Assembly: GCA_030693145.1 (NCBI GenBank)
Contig: JAUYBI010000068.1
Coordinates: forward strand, 16,374-80,373
Origin: Candidatus Omnitrophota bacterium
GTDB taxonomy: Bacteria > Omnitrophota > Gorgyraeia > Gygaellales > Profunditerraquicolaceae
Length of the DNA stretch: 64,000 nucleotides
Direction: 5' to 3'
Shown here: positions 20,686 to 31,947 of the stretch, piece after piece
How positions within the stretch are numbered: the stretch's first letter is position 1
How the letters are laid out: each line of letters begins with the position of its first letter
The notes under the pieces: generated by a model
Told to the model about the DNA's origin: nothing
Database searches by the model: none
Seen by the model: the letters and a program-made list of their open reading frames with translations, nothing else
Position numbers and translations under genes: made by a program

Positions 20686-21477
20686 CTATAATCGCGCTAA
20701 AATAAAATAAAATACCGGAGCAGTAAATAACAAACTATCAATTTCATCTAATACCCCGCCCATGCCCGGAAAAATATCTCCGGAATCCTTAACTTGACAG
20801 TCCCGCTTAAGCAGCGATTCCGAAAGATCACCCAACTGGCCAAGAGCCCCTAAGCTCGCCGAAATGATCAGCAACTGTCCATATCCAAAGGGAAGAAATG
20901 GCTTACAAACTAACCCCCCTAAAATGCTAAAAAACAAACCTCCCAGCGCCCCTTCGATAGTCTTCTTCGGGCTAATGTGCGGCATTAAAAGTTTCTTACC
21001 CCATTTACTTCCCACTAAATATGCCCCAATATCCCCCAGCTTAGTGATTAATAACAAAGCCGTCAGAAAACCTAATCCCCCGGAGAGATATCTTATTTTG
21101 ATCAAGAAGCTAAAAAACCAGGAAACATAAAGTATGCCAAAAAGCGTGGTGGAGATATCCACAATCACTCCTGAGCTATCCCGGCGCTTGAATTGCATAA
21201 GGATAAGAAAAAACAAAGCCAAAACGATAAAGAGCAGCTCCCAGTTTTTGGTCGGCTCAAATCGAAACATTATGGATAAGGGAATAATCGTTCCCATACC
21301 GATCCCAAAATATTTGTAAATGCTTATCCCTTTTTTCTCAAGCATCACAAAATATTCATACAAACCTGCGATAATAAATAAAATAATTACCAAACTACAC
21401 AACCAATCAAAAAAGATTACTCCCGAAATAATACCAATGAGTATCGCGGAACTAACTATTCTTTTAATTAACATCAA
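20686..21477 (-). CDS. cdsA: Phosphatidate cytidylyltransferase
   Basis: 263 aa polytopic membrane protein. Sits in the conserved uppS-cdsA-dxr-rseP cluster. Confidence 0.85.
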   Translation of the reverse strand: MMLIKRIVSSAILIGIISGVIFFDWLCSLVIILFIIAGLYEYFVMLEKKGISIYKYFGIGMGTIIPLSIMFRFEPTKNWELLFIVLALFFLILMQFKRRDSSGVIVDISTTLFGILYVSWFFSFLIKIRYLSGGLGFLTALLLITKLGDIGAYLVGSKWGKKLLMPHISPKKTIEGALGGLFFSILGGLVCKPFLPFGYGQLLIISASLGALGQLGDLSESLLKRDCQVKDSGDIFPGMGGVLDEIDSLLFTAPVFYFILARL

Positions 21478-22183
21478 TGCCCCCGAATCTCCTGTCCCTT
21501 TTTTGATATTCCTTAATTGCTTCTTTTAACTGCTCTACCCCAAAATCCGGCCAGCATTTGCCGGAAAAGTAAAACTCCGAATATGATAGCTGCCAAAGCA
21601 AAAAATTACTAATGCGCATCTCATTACTTGTACGGATGAGCAGGTCCGGATCCGGAATATCCAAAGTATAAAAATACCGGCTAAACTCCCGCGCATCCAG
21701 GCTTTCCAAATCTGCCTTTGCCTCCAATACATCCCGGGCAAATTTTTTAGCAGCGTCTACAATTTCCTGCCTGCCTCCATAATTTAAAGCCAATACAACC
21801 CTTAAGCCGGTATTCTCCCTGGTCTTGCCTTGAGCTTTTTTAATTCTTGCCTGAAGATATTTAGGAAGAGGATCATCCCGGCCAATAACTGTAAAACGCA
21901 TATTATTTTTATGTAATACCTTGATCTCTTGTCCTAAGAAGTTATCCAGATAGCGCATCAAAAAATTTACTTCGCTTTTTGGCCTGCTCCAGTTTTCCGT
22001 AGAAAAAGCAAAGAAGGTTACAATCTGGATACCCAGGCTACCGGCACCCCGGATAATCTCCTTTACCCGCTGCGCGCCCTGGCGGTGTCCGGCAGTACGC
22101 GACAGGCCTCTTTCTTTAGCCCAACGGCCATTACCATCCATAATAAAAGCTATGTGTTTGGGGATTTTAAAATTATCCTGCAT
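21464..22183 (-). CDS. uppS: Ditrans,polycis-undecaprenyl-diphosphate synthase
   Basis: 239 aa. HIAFIMDGNGRWA motif. Confidence 0.9.
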   Translation of the reverse strand: MQDNFKIPKHIAFIMDGNGRWAKERGLSRTAGHRQGAQRVKEIIRGAGSLGIQIVTFFAFSTENWSRPKSEVNFLMRYLDNFLGQEIKVLHKNNMRFTVIGRDDPLPKYLQARIKKAQGKTRENTGLRVVLALNYGGRQEIVDAAKKFARDVLEAKADLESLDAREFSRYFYTLDIPDPDLLIRTSNEMRISNFLLWQLSYSEFYFSGKCWPDFGVEQLKEAIKEYQKRDRRFGGIDVN

Positions 22184-22184
22184 A

Positions 22185-23765
22185 CTACTGATGGACCCGG
22201 TAATCTATATTCGGAAAGAGGTTGTCTTTATATTCAATATCGGCAAGCCAATTCTCATCAATATGATTAGACTTAACATCTTCATAAAACCGGTTAAATC
22301 TTAAAAGATGGTCTTTAGTGCGGCGCGCTGCATAACTGGTGTGTGTACCGGTGCCTAAAATAAACGCCCAATCCGAACTCTGGGCCAGGAGCAATTCACG
22401 TAAAGCCTGATTCAACGCCCGGCGCTGTAAACCCGCGGCGTTAGGATTATTCCTCACCAGCTCACTCATACGCTCCGAGGCTACATGCAAGTGGCGGTAA
22501 ATCCAATCATTGGTTCCTTGCAGCCACATTTCCGAATACCCTTTATAACCCCAACTGGAGAAAGACGGAGTAATTACCTGATTACGCGGATTCTGATCTA
22601 AATATTCGCTAGGTGTAATCAAACTGATTTCATTCTGGTCACAAGCAATTTTACGGAATAAGAAATCCAACCACATCGGGCCTTCATACCACCAATGGCC
22701 AAAAAGCTCAGCATCATAAGGCGAAACAAGAATCGGCTTCTTACCCATCAGGTCATTAAGATAACTTACTTGTTTCTGACGATTAAACATAAAATTACCC
22801 GCGTGCTCTGCCGAGCGTTCTTTGGCCCACTGCGCAACGTAGGGTTCCTTGTGATTATTGGTACCGGTAATCCGGTAATATTTTATTCCCGTATTAATAC
22901 GAACCCCATCCGGATGAATATAAGGCTTGATATAATCAAACTCCAGGTCAAAACCTGCATCCCGGTAAAATTCCCGGTAATTATAATCGCCAGGATAGCC
23001 TTCGATAGAACTCCAGACCTGCTTGGAGGATTCCAGGTCCCTGCCAAAAGCAGCTACTCCGGTACCTTTACAATAAACCGGAGCAAACACCCCATATTTA
23101 GGACGCGGAGTTCCATGTAATAGGCCATGCGCATCCGTAAAAAAATAACGCAGCCCTGCTTCTTTGAGTATTTCATCGTGTCCCGGGCAAAAACCACACT
23201 CCGGTAACCAAATCCCCCTGGGCCTTCTGCCAAAGGTATTTTCATAATGATCCACGGCCACCTTTACCTGAGCGCGGACCGAATCACGGCAAACATCCAT
23301 CAACGGAAAAAATCCATGGGTAGCCGCGCAGGTAATTATTTCTAATTTTCCTAAATCCTGAAACTTTTTAAAAGCAGCTACCAGATTAGAATTATATTGA
23401 TAGAAAGTATCCCGGGCATGTGAAAATCTGTCAAAATACATCTGGGCCAGATTTTTGAAATCCGGCTGCCATTTTGTTCTCTCTATTTCTTTTTGGGTCA
23501 ATTCGATAAGCTTATTAATATGCTTTAAATAACGCTCCTGCAACAAGGGGTCGGCAAGCATGGAAATAAGCGTGGGGCTTAAGGTCATCGTCATCCGGAA
23601 ATCTATACCATCATTTACTAAGCCCTGAAAAACAGAAATTAGGGGTACATAGGTTTCCGTGATTGCCTCATAAAGCCAATCCTCCTCTAAAAAATTCTCA
23701 TGTTCCGGATGGCGTACGAAAGGCAAATGTCCATGTAAGACTAAACAAAGGTATCCTTTAGGCAT
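22185..23765 (-). CDS. GH57-family 1,4-alpha-glucan branching enzyme
   Basis: 526 aa. LVLHGHLPFVRHPE N-terminus and the overall GH57 pattern. Confidence 0.75.
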   Translation of the reverse strand: MPKGYLCLVLHGHLPFVRHPEHENFLEEDWLYEAITETYVPLISVFQGLVNDGIDFRMTMTLSPTLISMLADPLLQERYLKHINKLIELTQKEIERTKWQPDFKNLAQMYFDRFSHARDTFYQYNSNLVAAFKKFQDLGKLEIITCAATHGFFPLMDVCRDSVRAQVKVAVDHYENTFGRRPRGIWLPECGFCPGHDEILKEAGLRYFFTDAHGLLHGTPRPKYGVFAPVYCKGTGVAAFGRDLESSKQVWSSIEGYPGDYNYREFYRDAGFDLEFDYIKPYIHPDGVRINTGIKYYRITGTNNHKEPYVAQWAKERSAEHAGNFMFNRQKQVSYLNDLMGKKPILVSPYDAELFGHWWYEGPMWLDFLFRKIACDQNEISLITPSEYLDQNPRNQVITPSFSSWGYKGYSEMWLQGTNDWIYRHLHVASERMSELVRNNPNAAGLQRRALNQALRELLLAQSSDWAFILGTGTHTSYAARRTKDHLLRFNRFYEDVKSNHIDENWLADIEYKDNLFPNIDYRVHQ

Positions 23766-23770
23766 TATTT

Positions 23771-24793
23771 TTATTTGGTTTCTCGAGTTACGATTGGAGT
23801 AATGGTGCGCTCTTCTATTTTATCCGCGGAAATTGCCTTAACCGGAATTATCTGTTTTCCATCGGGTAAATAATAACGCAAAGTAAAGGTACCATCCGGC
23901 CTTAATTTGACAGGTAATCCCTGTACGGTTACTAAGGCACTTGGTTCAGTTGCTCCGTAAACAATTAATTCACAATCCACTTTCAGCCAAAAATTTCTTT
24001 CTTTAATCTCATTCTTTACCGGGCTACTGGACAGCCCCGAACTAAACAAGCCTTGCTTTATACGTTCCTGCCAGGCGCCTCCTACCGGTGAGCTTTTACC
24101 CAGGCCAAAACCCATGCCATAAAGCCGGGCAAACATTTCATCAGGTATCATCCATTCTTCATCAGTAATCCAGGATGGGCCATCTAATGGAGTTTGCACG
24201 ACATTAGAGCGTAAAATAGTAATAAACCTGCCATCAGCCAACGCTAACCCTAGATCCACGCACCAAGCGCGTCCCGGGCCGTTCGTATCCACATACCAGC
24301 TATTAGCAAAATCATTAATCTGAATATCAAAAAACCTATGAGCATTAGATCCGTCAAATATAATATTAGTAACGTCATAAACTCTTAAAACTTTTTTCGC
24401 GCTATAGAAATCATCACCTAATTTGCTCTTAACATCCTGGATAGTCTGGTTCCTGAGTTCCCAATAAGCATGCAGCCAACGCGGATCACGAACCTGTAAA
24501 ATAATTTTATCCTGATCATAAAAAGCAGGGAGATCCTGCGGCCTAACCGGGGCAAAACAAGTATTCTCGGAGCGAGAAAATTTTGTATTAACGATAGCTG
24601 TTTCATAGAAGCTGGGAATATCTTTGGACGGCTGCTTAGGGGAAACTCTCTGTAGAGGTGATTTCTTTTTTAATCCAAACTTAAATTTAGATTTTGCTTT
24701 AGAAATAGTTTTCATCAATGCTTCTTTTGATTTTTTTAATATCTTCATTTTCTTCTGCCTCCACCCTATTTCACTTCTTAAGCTTTTTCCCAT
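23771..24793 (-). CDS. DUF4912 domain protein (frequent partner of GH57 branching enzymes)
   Basis: 340 aa. WLHAYWEL motif. Immediately upstream of the GH57 gene. Confidence 0.55.
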   Translation of the reverse strand: MGKSLRSEIGWRQKKMKILKKSKEALMKTISKAKSKFKFGLKKKSPLQRVSPKQPSKDIPSFYETAIVNTKFSRSENTCFAPVRPQDLPAFYDQDKIILQVRDPRWLHAYWELRNQTIQDVKSKLGDDFYSAKKVLRVYDVTNIIFDGSNAHRFFDIQINDFANSWYVDTNGPGRAWCVDLGLALADGRFITILRSNVVQTPLDGPSWITDEEWMIPDEMFARLYGMGFGLGKSSPVGGAWQERIKQGLFSSGLSSSPVKNEIKERNFWLKVDCELIVYGATEPSALVTVQGLPVKLRPDGTFTLRYYLPDGKQIIPVKAISADKIEERTITPIVTRETK

Positions 24794-25175
24794 TTACCAA
24801 AGCCTGCCTTAAATCCTCTTCCAGGGTTTCTTTAAGTTTAGTTACCTTCTCTAACTCTTCTTTTAAACTCATGTTTACCAGCTGATCCTGAAGTAAGGCT
24901 TTTTTAGCTGCCTCCAGAGCCACTTTTAACTCATCTGTCTCATTCTCTTTGGCCTTGGCTTTTTCCTCTAAGGCTGATTTCTCTTGCACATACTTACTTG
25001 TCCTCTCCTCCAGGGCAAGACGCGCAGCCATTTCTTTATCGCGAGCAGCCTTCTGGCGTATCGCGCTATTGCAAGAACTAAGCGTACCAAAAAAGAATAC
25101 CGCCGAGAATACCGCTAAAATTATTACGATGCGGTTTTTTAAAGCCTCATCCATTTTCTTAATTAAATTTCCCAT
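24771..25175 (-). CDS. Membrane-anchored coiled-coil protein, hypothetical
   Basis: 134 aa with an N-terminal TM segment followed by a K/E-rich coiled coil. Confidence 0.4.
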   Translation of the reverse strand: MGNLIKKMDEALKNRIVIILAVFSAVFFFGTLSSCNSAIRQKAARDKEMAARLALEERTSKYVQEKSALEEKAKAKENETDELKVALEAAKKALLQDQLVNMSLKEELEKVTKLKETLEEDLRQALVNGKKLKK

Positions 25176-25188
25176 TTCGCCCTTTAAC

Positions 25189-25839
25189 TTACTTAAGATT
25201 CTCGCGGGGTTCTTTTAATTCATAAGCACCCGTAGAATTACCCTTAACCTTAGTAATGTTCGGCAAGATCACTATCTCTACCCTGCGATTTTGTTCGCGG
25301 CCATCTTTAGCCTCATTTGAAGCCACGGGGCGATATTCACCATAACCAATCGCCGACAGGCGCTCCGGTGATATTCCCTGATCATTGGCTAAATAATGTA
25401 AAACACTCAAGGCGCGCGCGGAAGAAAGCTCCCAATTGGATTTCCAACCGCTCTGTTTAATCGGGACATTATCCGTGTGGCCTTCTATACCTACGCTAAA
25501 CTGCGCCATATTATCTTTTAATATCCTGGACACCTTAGTGAGCAAGCCAAATGCCTCCGGCCTAATCTTGGCTTTCCCGGAATTAAATAAAAGGTCTCCG
25601 ACGACGGTAATCACCAGCCCCTTCTCCATCATTTGGAGTTTAATCTGTTTGTCATTTATCTCCTGGCTAAGTTTCTCTTCCAACAAAAGCTTGGAACGAG
25701 CAAGCTCATCCAGTTGAGTACTTAACTCTTGAATTTTTTGAGTATCAGAAGATTTGCCGGCTTGAAAAATAAACGTACAACCCGCTAGATTAAAAGTTAT
25801 AAATAAAAACAACACAAATTTAAGAAAATTATTCATCAT
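25189..25839 (-). CDS. OmpA/MotB-domain lipoprotein
   Basis: 216 aa. Lipobox LAGC and a C-terminal OmpA-like peptidoglycan-binding domain (GHTDNVP ... NRRVEI). Confidence 0.7.
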   Translation of the reverse strand: MMNNFLKFVLFLFITFNLAGCTFIFQAGKSSDTQKIQELSTQLDELARSKLLLEEKLSQEINDKQIKLQMMEKGLVITVVGDLLFNSGKAKIRPEAFGLLTKVSRILKDNMAQFSVGIEGHTDNVPIKQSGWKSNWELSSARALSVLHYLANDQGISPERLSAIGYGEYRPVASNEAKDGREQNRRVEIVILPNITKVKGNSTGAYELKEPRENLK

Positions 25840-25958
25840 TTTTCTCTCCTTGGCTTTGGCTATTGCAAGGCCTCTTTACAGCTTTTTGGCCTGTTTCCGA
25901 TTGAAGTTTAAATATAACATAACCTGTTTTATTAGTCAAGTGTTTTATCCTCAAGCAC

Positions 25959-27251
<1,293 letters not shown>

Positions 27252-27254
27252 TCA

Positions 27255-28496
27255 TTACGGCGTCATCGTAAATATCTTATGCGCAATATCCGGATATTTA
27301 GCGATAAAGTTTAACTCGTCATCAACCAGCGGCTTCTGATTATGCACATTAGCATATCTAACCAACTCTAATATACGCGTAGCCTCCGCGTCATCCTTAA
27401 AAGCCACCTCTAGTTTTTCATAAACGTTGCGAAAACCTTTGATCCCGGAATATTCTCCGGCAGTAATCTTTCTGCCGGTTTCAATTATCTCCGGCTCCCC
27501 GCGGCCCAGCTCCTCAAAATCATAAAGCTCATAATTACGCCTGTCCTTTAACGCGCCGTCGGCATGAATCCCGGATTCATGGGCAAAGGCATTGGCTCCT
27601 ACCCCCGGCTGGTTAATCGGGATGGGAACGCCAAAAGCATAGGAAGCATATTTACAAATCTTCCAGGCCATCTTTAAATCCACTTTTTCATCTAACTGAT
27701 AGCCGCTCATTCCCTGGCCGTATTTAATCGCTAAAATTACCGAAACTAAATCCGCATTTCCTGCCCGCTCTCCCATTCCATTTACGCAGGTATTAATATA
27801 GGAATCTTGCCCCGCATCAGCCGCTGCTCTGGCGCCGGCAATAGAGTTAGCCACCACTAATCCTAAATCATTATGGCAGTGCACTTCAATCGGAAGCTGC
27901 ACTTGCTTAGCCAGCGATTCTATTCTTTCGTAAATACTAAAAGGAGTATCCGTGCCTAAAGTATCGCAATAACGAATCCTGTCGGCGCCGGCCTCTTTAG
28001 CTTTAAGGGCAAATTCGATTAAGTATTCTAAATTCGAACGCGAAGCATCCTCGGCATTTACACCAACACCGGTTGCTCCTAGCTTTTTCGCCTCGCTCAC
28101 TGCCTCTTGCATTTCCCGGATTATCGACTGATGATCAAGTTTGCCTTTAAATTTATGCACAATCATCTGGTCGCTGGTAGAGATAGAAAGATTTAAATAT
28201 TTTAAACGCGGCACCAATTTCAAAGCGCCCCTTACGTCATCTTTTGTCGCCCGCAGCCAACCACTTAACCGGATCCTGGAAAATCCGCCCAATTCCGCTA
28301 ATTCCAGGTTGGCATTCAGATAATTTGTCTCATGCCGCGTAAGCGGAAAACCAAACTCCGACTGAAAAACACCCATCTGATCAAGATACCAATTGATCAT
28401 GGTCTTCTGCAGCTTAGAAAGGCAAATGCGCGAAGTCTGCACTCCGTCGCGGTTAGTTACATCCAATAGATAAATCTTTGGTTTATGCGTCATCAT
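27255..28496 (-). CDS. HMGL-like aldolase of the 2-isopropylmalate/homocitrate/citramalate synthase family (no C-terminal regulatory domain)
   Basis: 413 aa. LDVTNRDGVQ and HCHNDLG motifs. Confidence 0.7.
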   Translation of the reverse strand: MMTHKPKIYLLDVTNRDGVQTSRICLSKLQKTMINWYLDQMGVFQSEFGFPLTRHETNYLNANLELAELGGFSRIRLSGWLRATKDDVRGALKLVPRLKYLNLSISTSDQMIVHKFKGKLDHQSIIREMQEAVSEAKKLGATGVGVNAEDASRSNLEYLIEFALKAKEAGADRIRYCDTLGTDTPFSIYERIESLAKQVQLPIEVHCHNDLGLVVANSIAGARAAADAGQDSYINTCVNGMGERAGNADLVSVILAIKYGQGMSGYQLDEKVDLKMAWKICKYASYAFGVPIPINQPGVGANAFAHESGIHADGALKDRRNYELYDFEELGRGEPEIIETGRKITAGEYSGIKGFRNVYEKLEVAFKDDAEATRILELVRYANVHNQKPLVDDELNFIAKYPDIAHKIFTMTP

Positions 28497-28504
28497 CCCC
28501 CCCT

Positions 28505-30235
28505 CTACCTCTTGAGTATTTTTCTAAACTCCTCTTTACCCAGCACACCCCGAAAAGAAAAAATTTCCTGATTATCTAACAGGCAGCTTGTCTCGGAAGG
28601 AATCTGCAATTGCTTATTTAAACTGATATTTTCTCTAAGCAAATTTGTTCCCTCTACCCCTCTGGCGCAACTTTTTACTCCCGAGAAATCCAACCCGCTA
28701 AGACAATCCTCCCAATAGGAGCTCTGGATATTCCTAGACCGGCAGATTAAATAATCCCAGAATTTTTCCGGATAATATTTCTGTACGCACGCCGCGCGTA
28801 AATCTTCCTCCACTTCGGGAATACCATTCTTAGCGTCAAAACCTTCATTCTTCTCGGTGGCCAAAAAATGTAAATCCGGATTAAATTCTTTTACCGTAGT
28901 CAACAATAAAGCAGCATCTTTTTCAAAGATACTAAAAAATAAATCAAAATTCCCCGGCTTTGGTTTTTGATTCAAAAAATAGGATATCCCGCTTGCCTGC
29001 GGTTTAAATACATAGAAATCATTAATTAATTGTAAATCATTTTTAATGCTCTCGAAATTGTCTTCTTTTTCAACTGCCCTAGGAAAAATATACGCCGGTA
29101 GAACTTGAAGCGATAGATCTTTGATCATTTTCTGCGCCGCCGGGCCCGGATAATCTAGGCGTTTTATCGTTAATCCGGGAAACTTCTTTTCCAGCAATTT
29201 TAGAACCGGTTCAAGATTACAAGTAACGCAATCTTTTACATTAATCACAAATAAATCTACTCTATTCGGCTTAGCAAATAAACAGGCGGCATTTAACGCG
29301 CCCGGATTTTGGCAGGTTCCCGTTAAATTACCCTCTTTACAATTAACATCGGAGTAACAGCGCGGCAAGATCCGCGCAATATCAGGATCATCAATAAACT
29401 TAGCGGACAAAGTCAACTCCTCAACCGTGCAATTAAAAAGCTTACCGTCTTGGATTTTCAAAGCTAACTTCCCCAGCTTACGCCCCTGCCAGGTTGGACG
29501 CAGAATAAAAGTTTCCTCGACCTTCGTCAACGCCTCATCCTTTAATGGCCTATCTCCGGCAAAAATTATATCAATACCCTTAACTTTAGAAATTAATTTT
29601 AAATCTTCACTCTCCCCCAGAGTACTCAAGGCAATCACGACTTGCACGCCTGTACTCTTTAAGCGGCTGACTAACTCGCTGAGTTGGTTCGGCGCACTAA
29701 TCTTTAATCCTTCCGCCTTTTGGTTAGCGGATAAACCGGTCAACCCGATAATGGCGATCTTGACCCCAGCGCTATCTTTAATGATATAAGGAACAACTTT
29801 ATCCGTAGCTAAATTAACACTCAAGAAAGCCGGATTATTTTTTTTAGCATTTTTTAAGAAAAACTCTCTGCCAAAATTAAACTCACCCGAGCCGATACCT
29901 ACAGCATCATATTGCATAAGCTCTAAAGCTTTATAATTGACCTCGGAGCGCTGCATATCTAATTGGGTATTCTGAGTATATTCATCCAGCAAACCGCCGG
30001 CGGTAAAATTTCCGCAATCCAGGAGTAAAAGCTGCGGGTCTTTTTTTCTTAGCTCTTTAATTAAACTGGCCCGGCGGGCAATTCCCCCATCCTGTTGAAT
30101 AGGGCAGCTGCAGGGATAAAGCATAGCGTGCGTCTGGCCGCTATAAATTATGGTTATATCTTTAGCATACAAACTGCCTGCCGCAGAAATTAAAAAACAG
30201 AGAATTAAACATAACCTGATTGTAAAATGCTTCAT
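28505..30235 (-). CDS. Secreted 5'-nucleotidase/metallophosphoesterase-like protein with substituted metal ligands, plus a C-terminal Cys-rich domain
   Basis: 576 aa with a signal peptide. The GGxARxAxLIKxLR ... LLLDxG ... GxxEFxxG scaffold of the UshA N-domain is present, but the His/Asp ligands are replaced (SGQTHA, CGNFTAG, GSGEF). Confidence 0.4.
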   Translation of the reverse strand: MKHFTIRLCLILCFLISAAGSLYAKDITIIYSGQTHAMLYPCSCPIQQDGGIARRASLIKELRKKDPQLLLLDCGNFTAGGLLDEYTQNTQLDMQRSEVNYKALELMQYDAVGIGSGEFNFGREFFLKNAKKNNPAFLSVNLATDKVVPYIIKDSAGVKIAIIGLTGLSANQKAEGLKISAPNQLSELVSRLKSTGVQVVIALSTLGESEDLKLISKVKGIDIIFAGDRPLKDEALTKVEETFILRPTWQGRKLGKLALKIQDGKLFNCTVEELTLSAKFIDDPDIARILPRCYSDVNCKEGNLTGTCQNPGALNAACLFAKPNRVDLFVINVKDCVTCNLEPVLKLLEKKFPGLTIKRLDYPGPAAQKMIKDLSLQVLPAYIFPRAVEKEDNFESIKNDLQLINDFYVFKPQASGISYFLNQKPKPGNFDLFFSIFEKDAALLLTTVKEFNPDLHFLATEKNEGFDAKNGIPEVEEDLRAACVQKYYPEKFWDYLICRSRNIQSSYWEDCLSGLDFSGVKSCARGVEGTNLLRENISLNKQLQIPSETSCLLDNQEIFSFRGVLGKEEFRKILKR

Positions 30236-31818
30236 GTCCTAATTACTTTCACCGTTAAAATATTTTCTAATTTTTTTATTTTATCCTGAATTTCCGGGCT
30301 GACCTGATTATCTACGCTCCAGACACTAATGGCTTTATCGCCGGGTTGATTACGGCCCAAGGCCATGGCGGCAATATTTATGTCATTTTTACCCATCAGC
30401 GTTCCTAAGCTTCCGATTAAACCCGGCTTATCCAAGTTACGGATAAAAATCATTTCTCCGACCGGATACAGATCTAAATAATAATCGTCAATTTTAACAA
30501 TCCTGGGCTGTTTATTACCGGAGAGTGTCCCCAGAATAGATTTAGTTTCTTTGTCTGTTTTAAGCTCTAATTGAATAAGATTTACAAATTCGCCTTCCTG
30601 TCCGGATTTTGACTCCAGCAGTTTTATTCCTCTTTCTTTAAGCAAAGATAAGCCATTAACAAAATTAACTGTTTCCTTTAATATCGGTGTAAGTAAGCCC
30701 TTAACTAAAGCCATGGTCACCGGGCTTAAATTATATTTAGTAATCTGGCCGCTATAACTTATGGTCAACTCCAGAAACCTGCCTTCTACTAATTGCGCGG
30801 CAAACATTCCTAATTTCTCTCCTAAATTAATAAAAGGATTAAGCATATCGCAGGCCTCCGCATCCAAGCAAGGATAATTCGCGGCATTCCGGATCCCCTT
30901 CCCTAAGAGCGCATCACGTACAATTTCAGCAACTTCAATAGCTACGTTTATCTGCGCTTCTTCGGTGGATGCGCCAAGATGCGGAGTAGTAATGACATTA
31001 TCCAGTTTTAGCAATTCACTATCCGCGGCCAGCGGCTCAGTTTCAAAAACATCCATCGCTGCCCCGGCCACCTTGCCCTCTTTTACCGCCCTGGCTAAAG
31101 CCGCCTCATCGATAATTCCGCCACGCGCGCAGTTTATAATCCGCACGCCTTTTTTCATTATTCCAAACTCTTTATCTGAAATCATATGCCTGGTCTCCTC
31201 AGTCAAAGGAGTATGCACGGTAATATAGTCAGACTCCAGCAGGACTTTTTTTAATTCTGAGATCTCCACCCCAATGTCCTGGGCTACTTGCGCGGACAGA
31301 AAAGGATCAAATGCCAAAACTTTCATGCCGAATGATTTTGCCCGCTTAGCAACCTCTGAACCAATCCTGCCAAACCCCACAATACCTAAAACCTTGTTAT
31401 ATAATTCCACCCCCATAAATTTAGAACGCTTCCACTCTCCCTTTTTCATCGAGGCATTTGCCTGGGCAATATTCCTGGATAAAGTCAAAATCAGGCTAAA
31501 GGTATGTTCCGCGGTAGAAATCGTATTTCCACCCGGGGTATTCATGACGATAATCCCTTTTTGCGTAGCCGCTTCCAAATCTACATTATCCAGGCCAACA
31601 CCGGCCCGGCCGATAACCTTGAGCTTAACTGCCGCCTGAATTACCTCTTTGGTTACTTTCGTCGCGCTGCGCACCACCAAAGCATCATAATCCTTAATAA
31701 TTTCTTTTAAGGCCTCTGGTTTTAGGTCTGTTTTTACATCCACGCTTAATTCCTTGGAATCTTTAAATACCTTTAAACCTTCCTCACTTAATGCATCGCT
31801 AACTAAAATCCTGATCAT
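30232..31818 (-). CDS. serA: D-3-phosphoglycerate dehydrogenase
   Basis: Start moved to MIRILVSD (ATG at 31818), which has a strong upstream aaggag RBS. Rossmann GRIGSEVAKR motif and a C-terminal ACT domain. Confidence 0.9.
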   Translation of the reverse strand: MIRILVSDALSEEGLKVFKDSKELSVDVKTDLKPEALKEIIKDYDALVVRSATKVTKEVIQAAVKLKVIGRAGVGLDNVDLEAATQKGIIVMNTPGGNTISTAEHTFSLILTLSRNIAQANASMKKGEWKRSKFMGVELYNKVLGIVGFGRIGSEVAKRAKSFGMKVLAFDPFLSAQVAQDIGVEISELKKVLLESDYITVHTPLTEETRHMISDKEFGIMKKGVRIINCARGGIIDEAALARAVKEGKVAGAAMDVFETEPLAADSELLKLDNVITTPHLGASTEEAQINVAIEVAEIVRDALLGKGIRNAANYPCLDAEACDMLNPFINLGEKLGMFAAQLVEGRFLELTISYSGQITKYNLSPVTMALVKGLLTPILKETVNFVNGLSLLKERGIKLLESKSGQEGEFVNLIQLELKTDKETKSILGTLSGNKQPRIVKIDDYYLDLYPVGEMIFIRNLDKPGLIGSLGTLMGKNDINIAAMALGRNQPGDKAISVWSVDNQVSPEIQDKIKKLENILTVKVIRT

Positions 31819-31837
31819 TTTATCTTTCACTCCTTGT

Positions 31838-31945
31838 GTAGTGACACAACACCGGCGCAATACCGCTTAGCGCCGGGTGTCTCATGTAGTGACACCTGCC
31901 TACCGGCAGGCAGGCAACACCGGCGCAATACAAATTAGCGGAGTG
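31838..31945. repeat. Repeat family B, copy 2 (caacaccggcgcaataccgcttagcgccgggtgtc twice, plus gtagtgacac direct repeats and the cctgcctaccggcaggcagg palindrome)
   Basis: Direct sequence match to 17291-17372. Confidence 0.7.
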
Positions 31946-31947
31946 CC

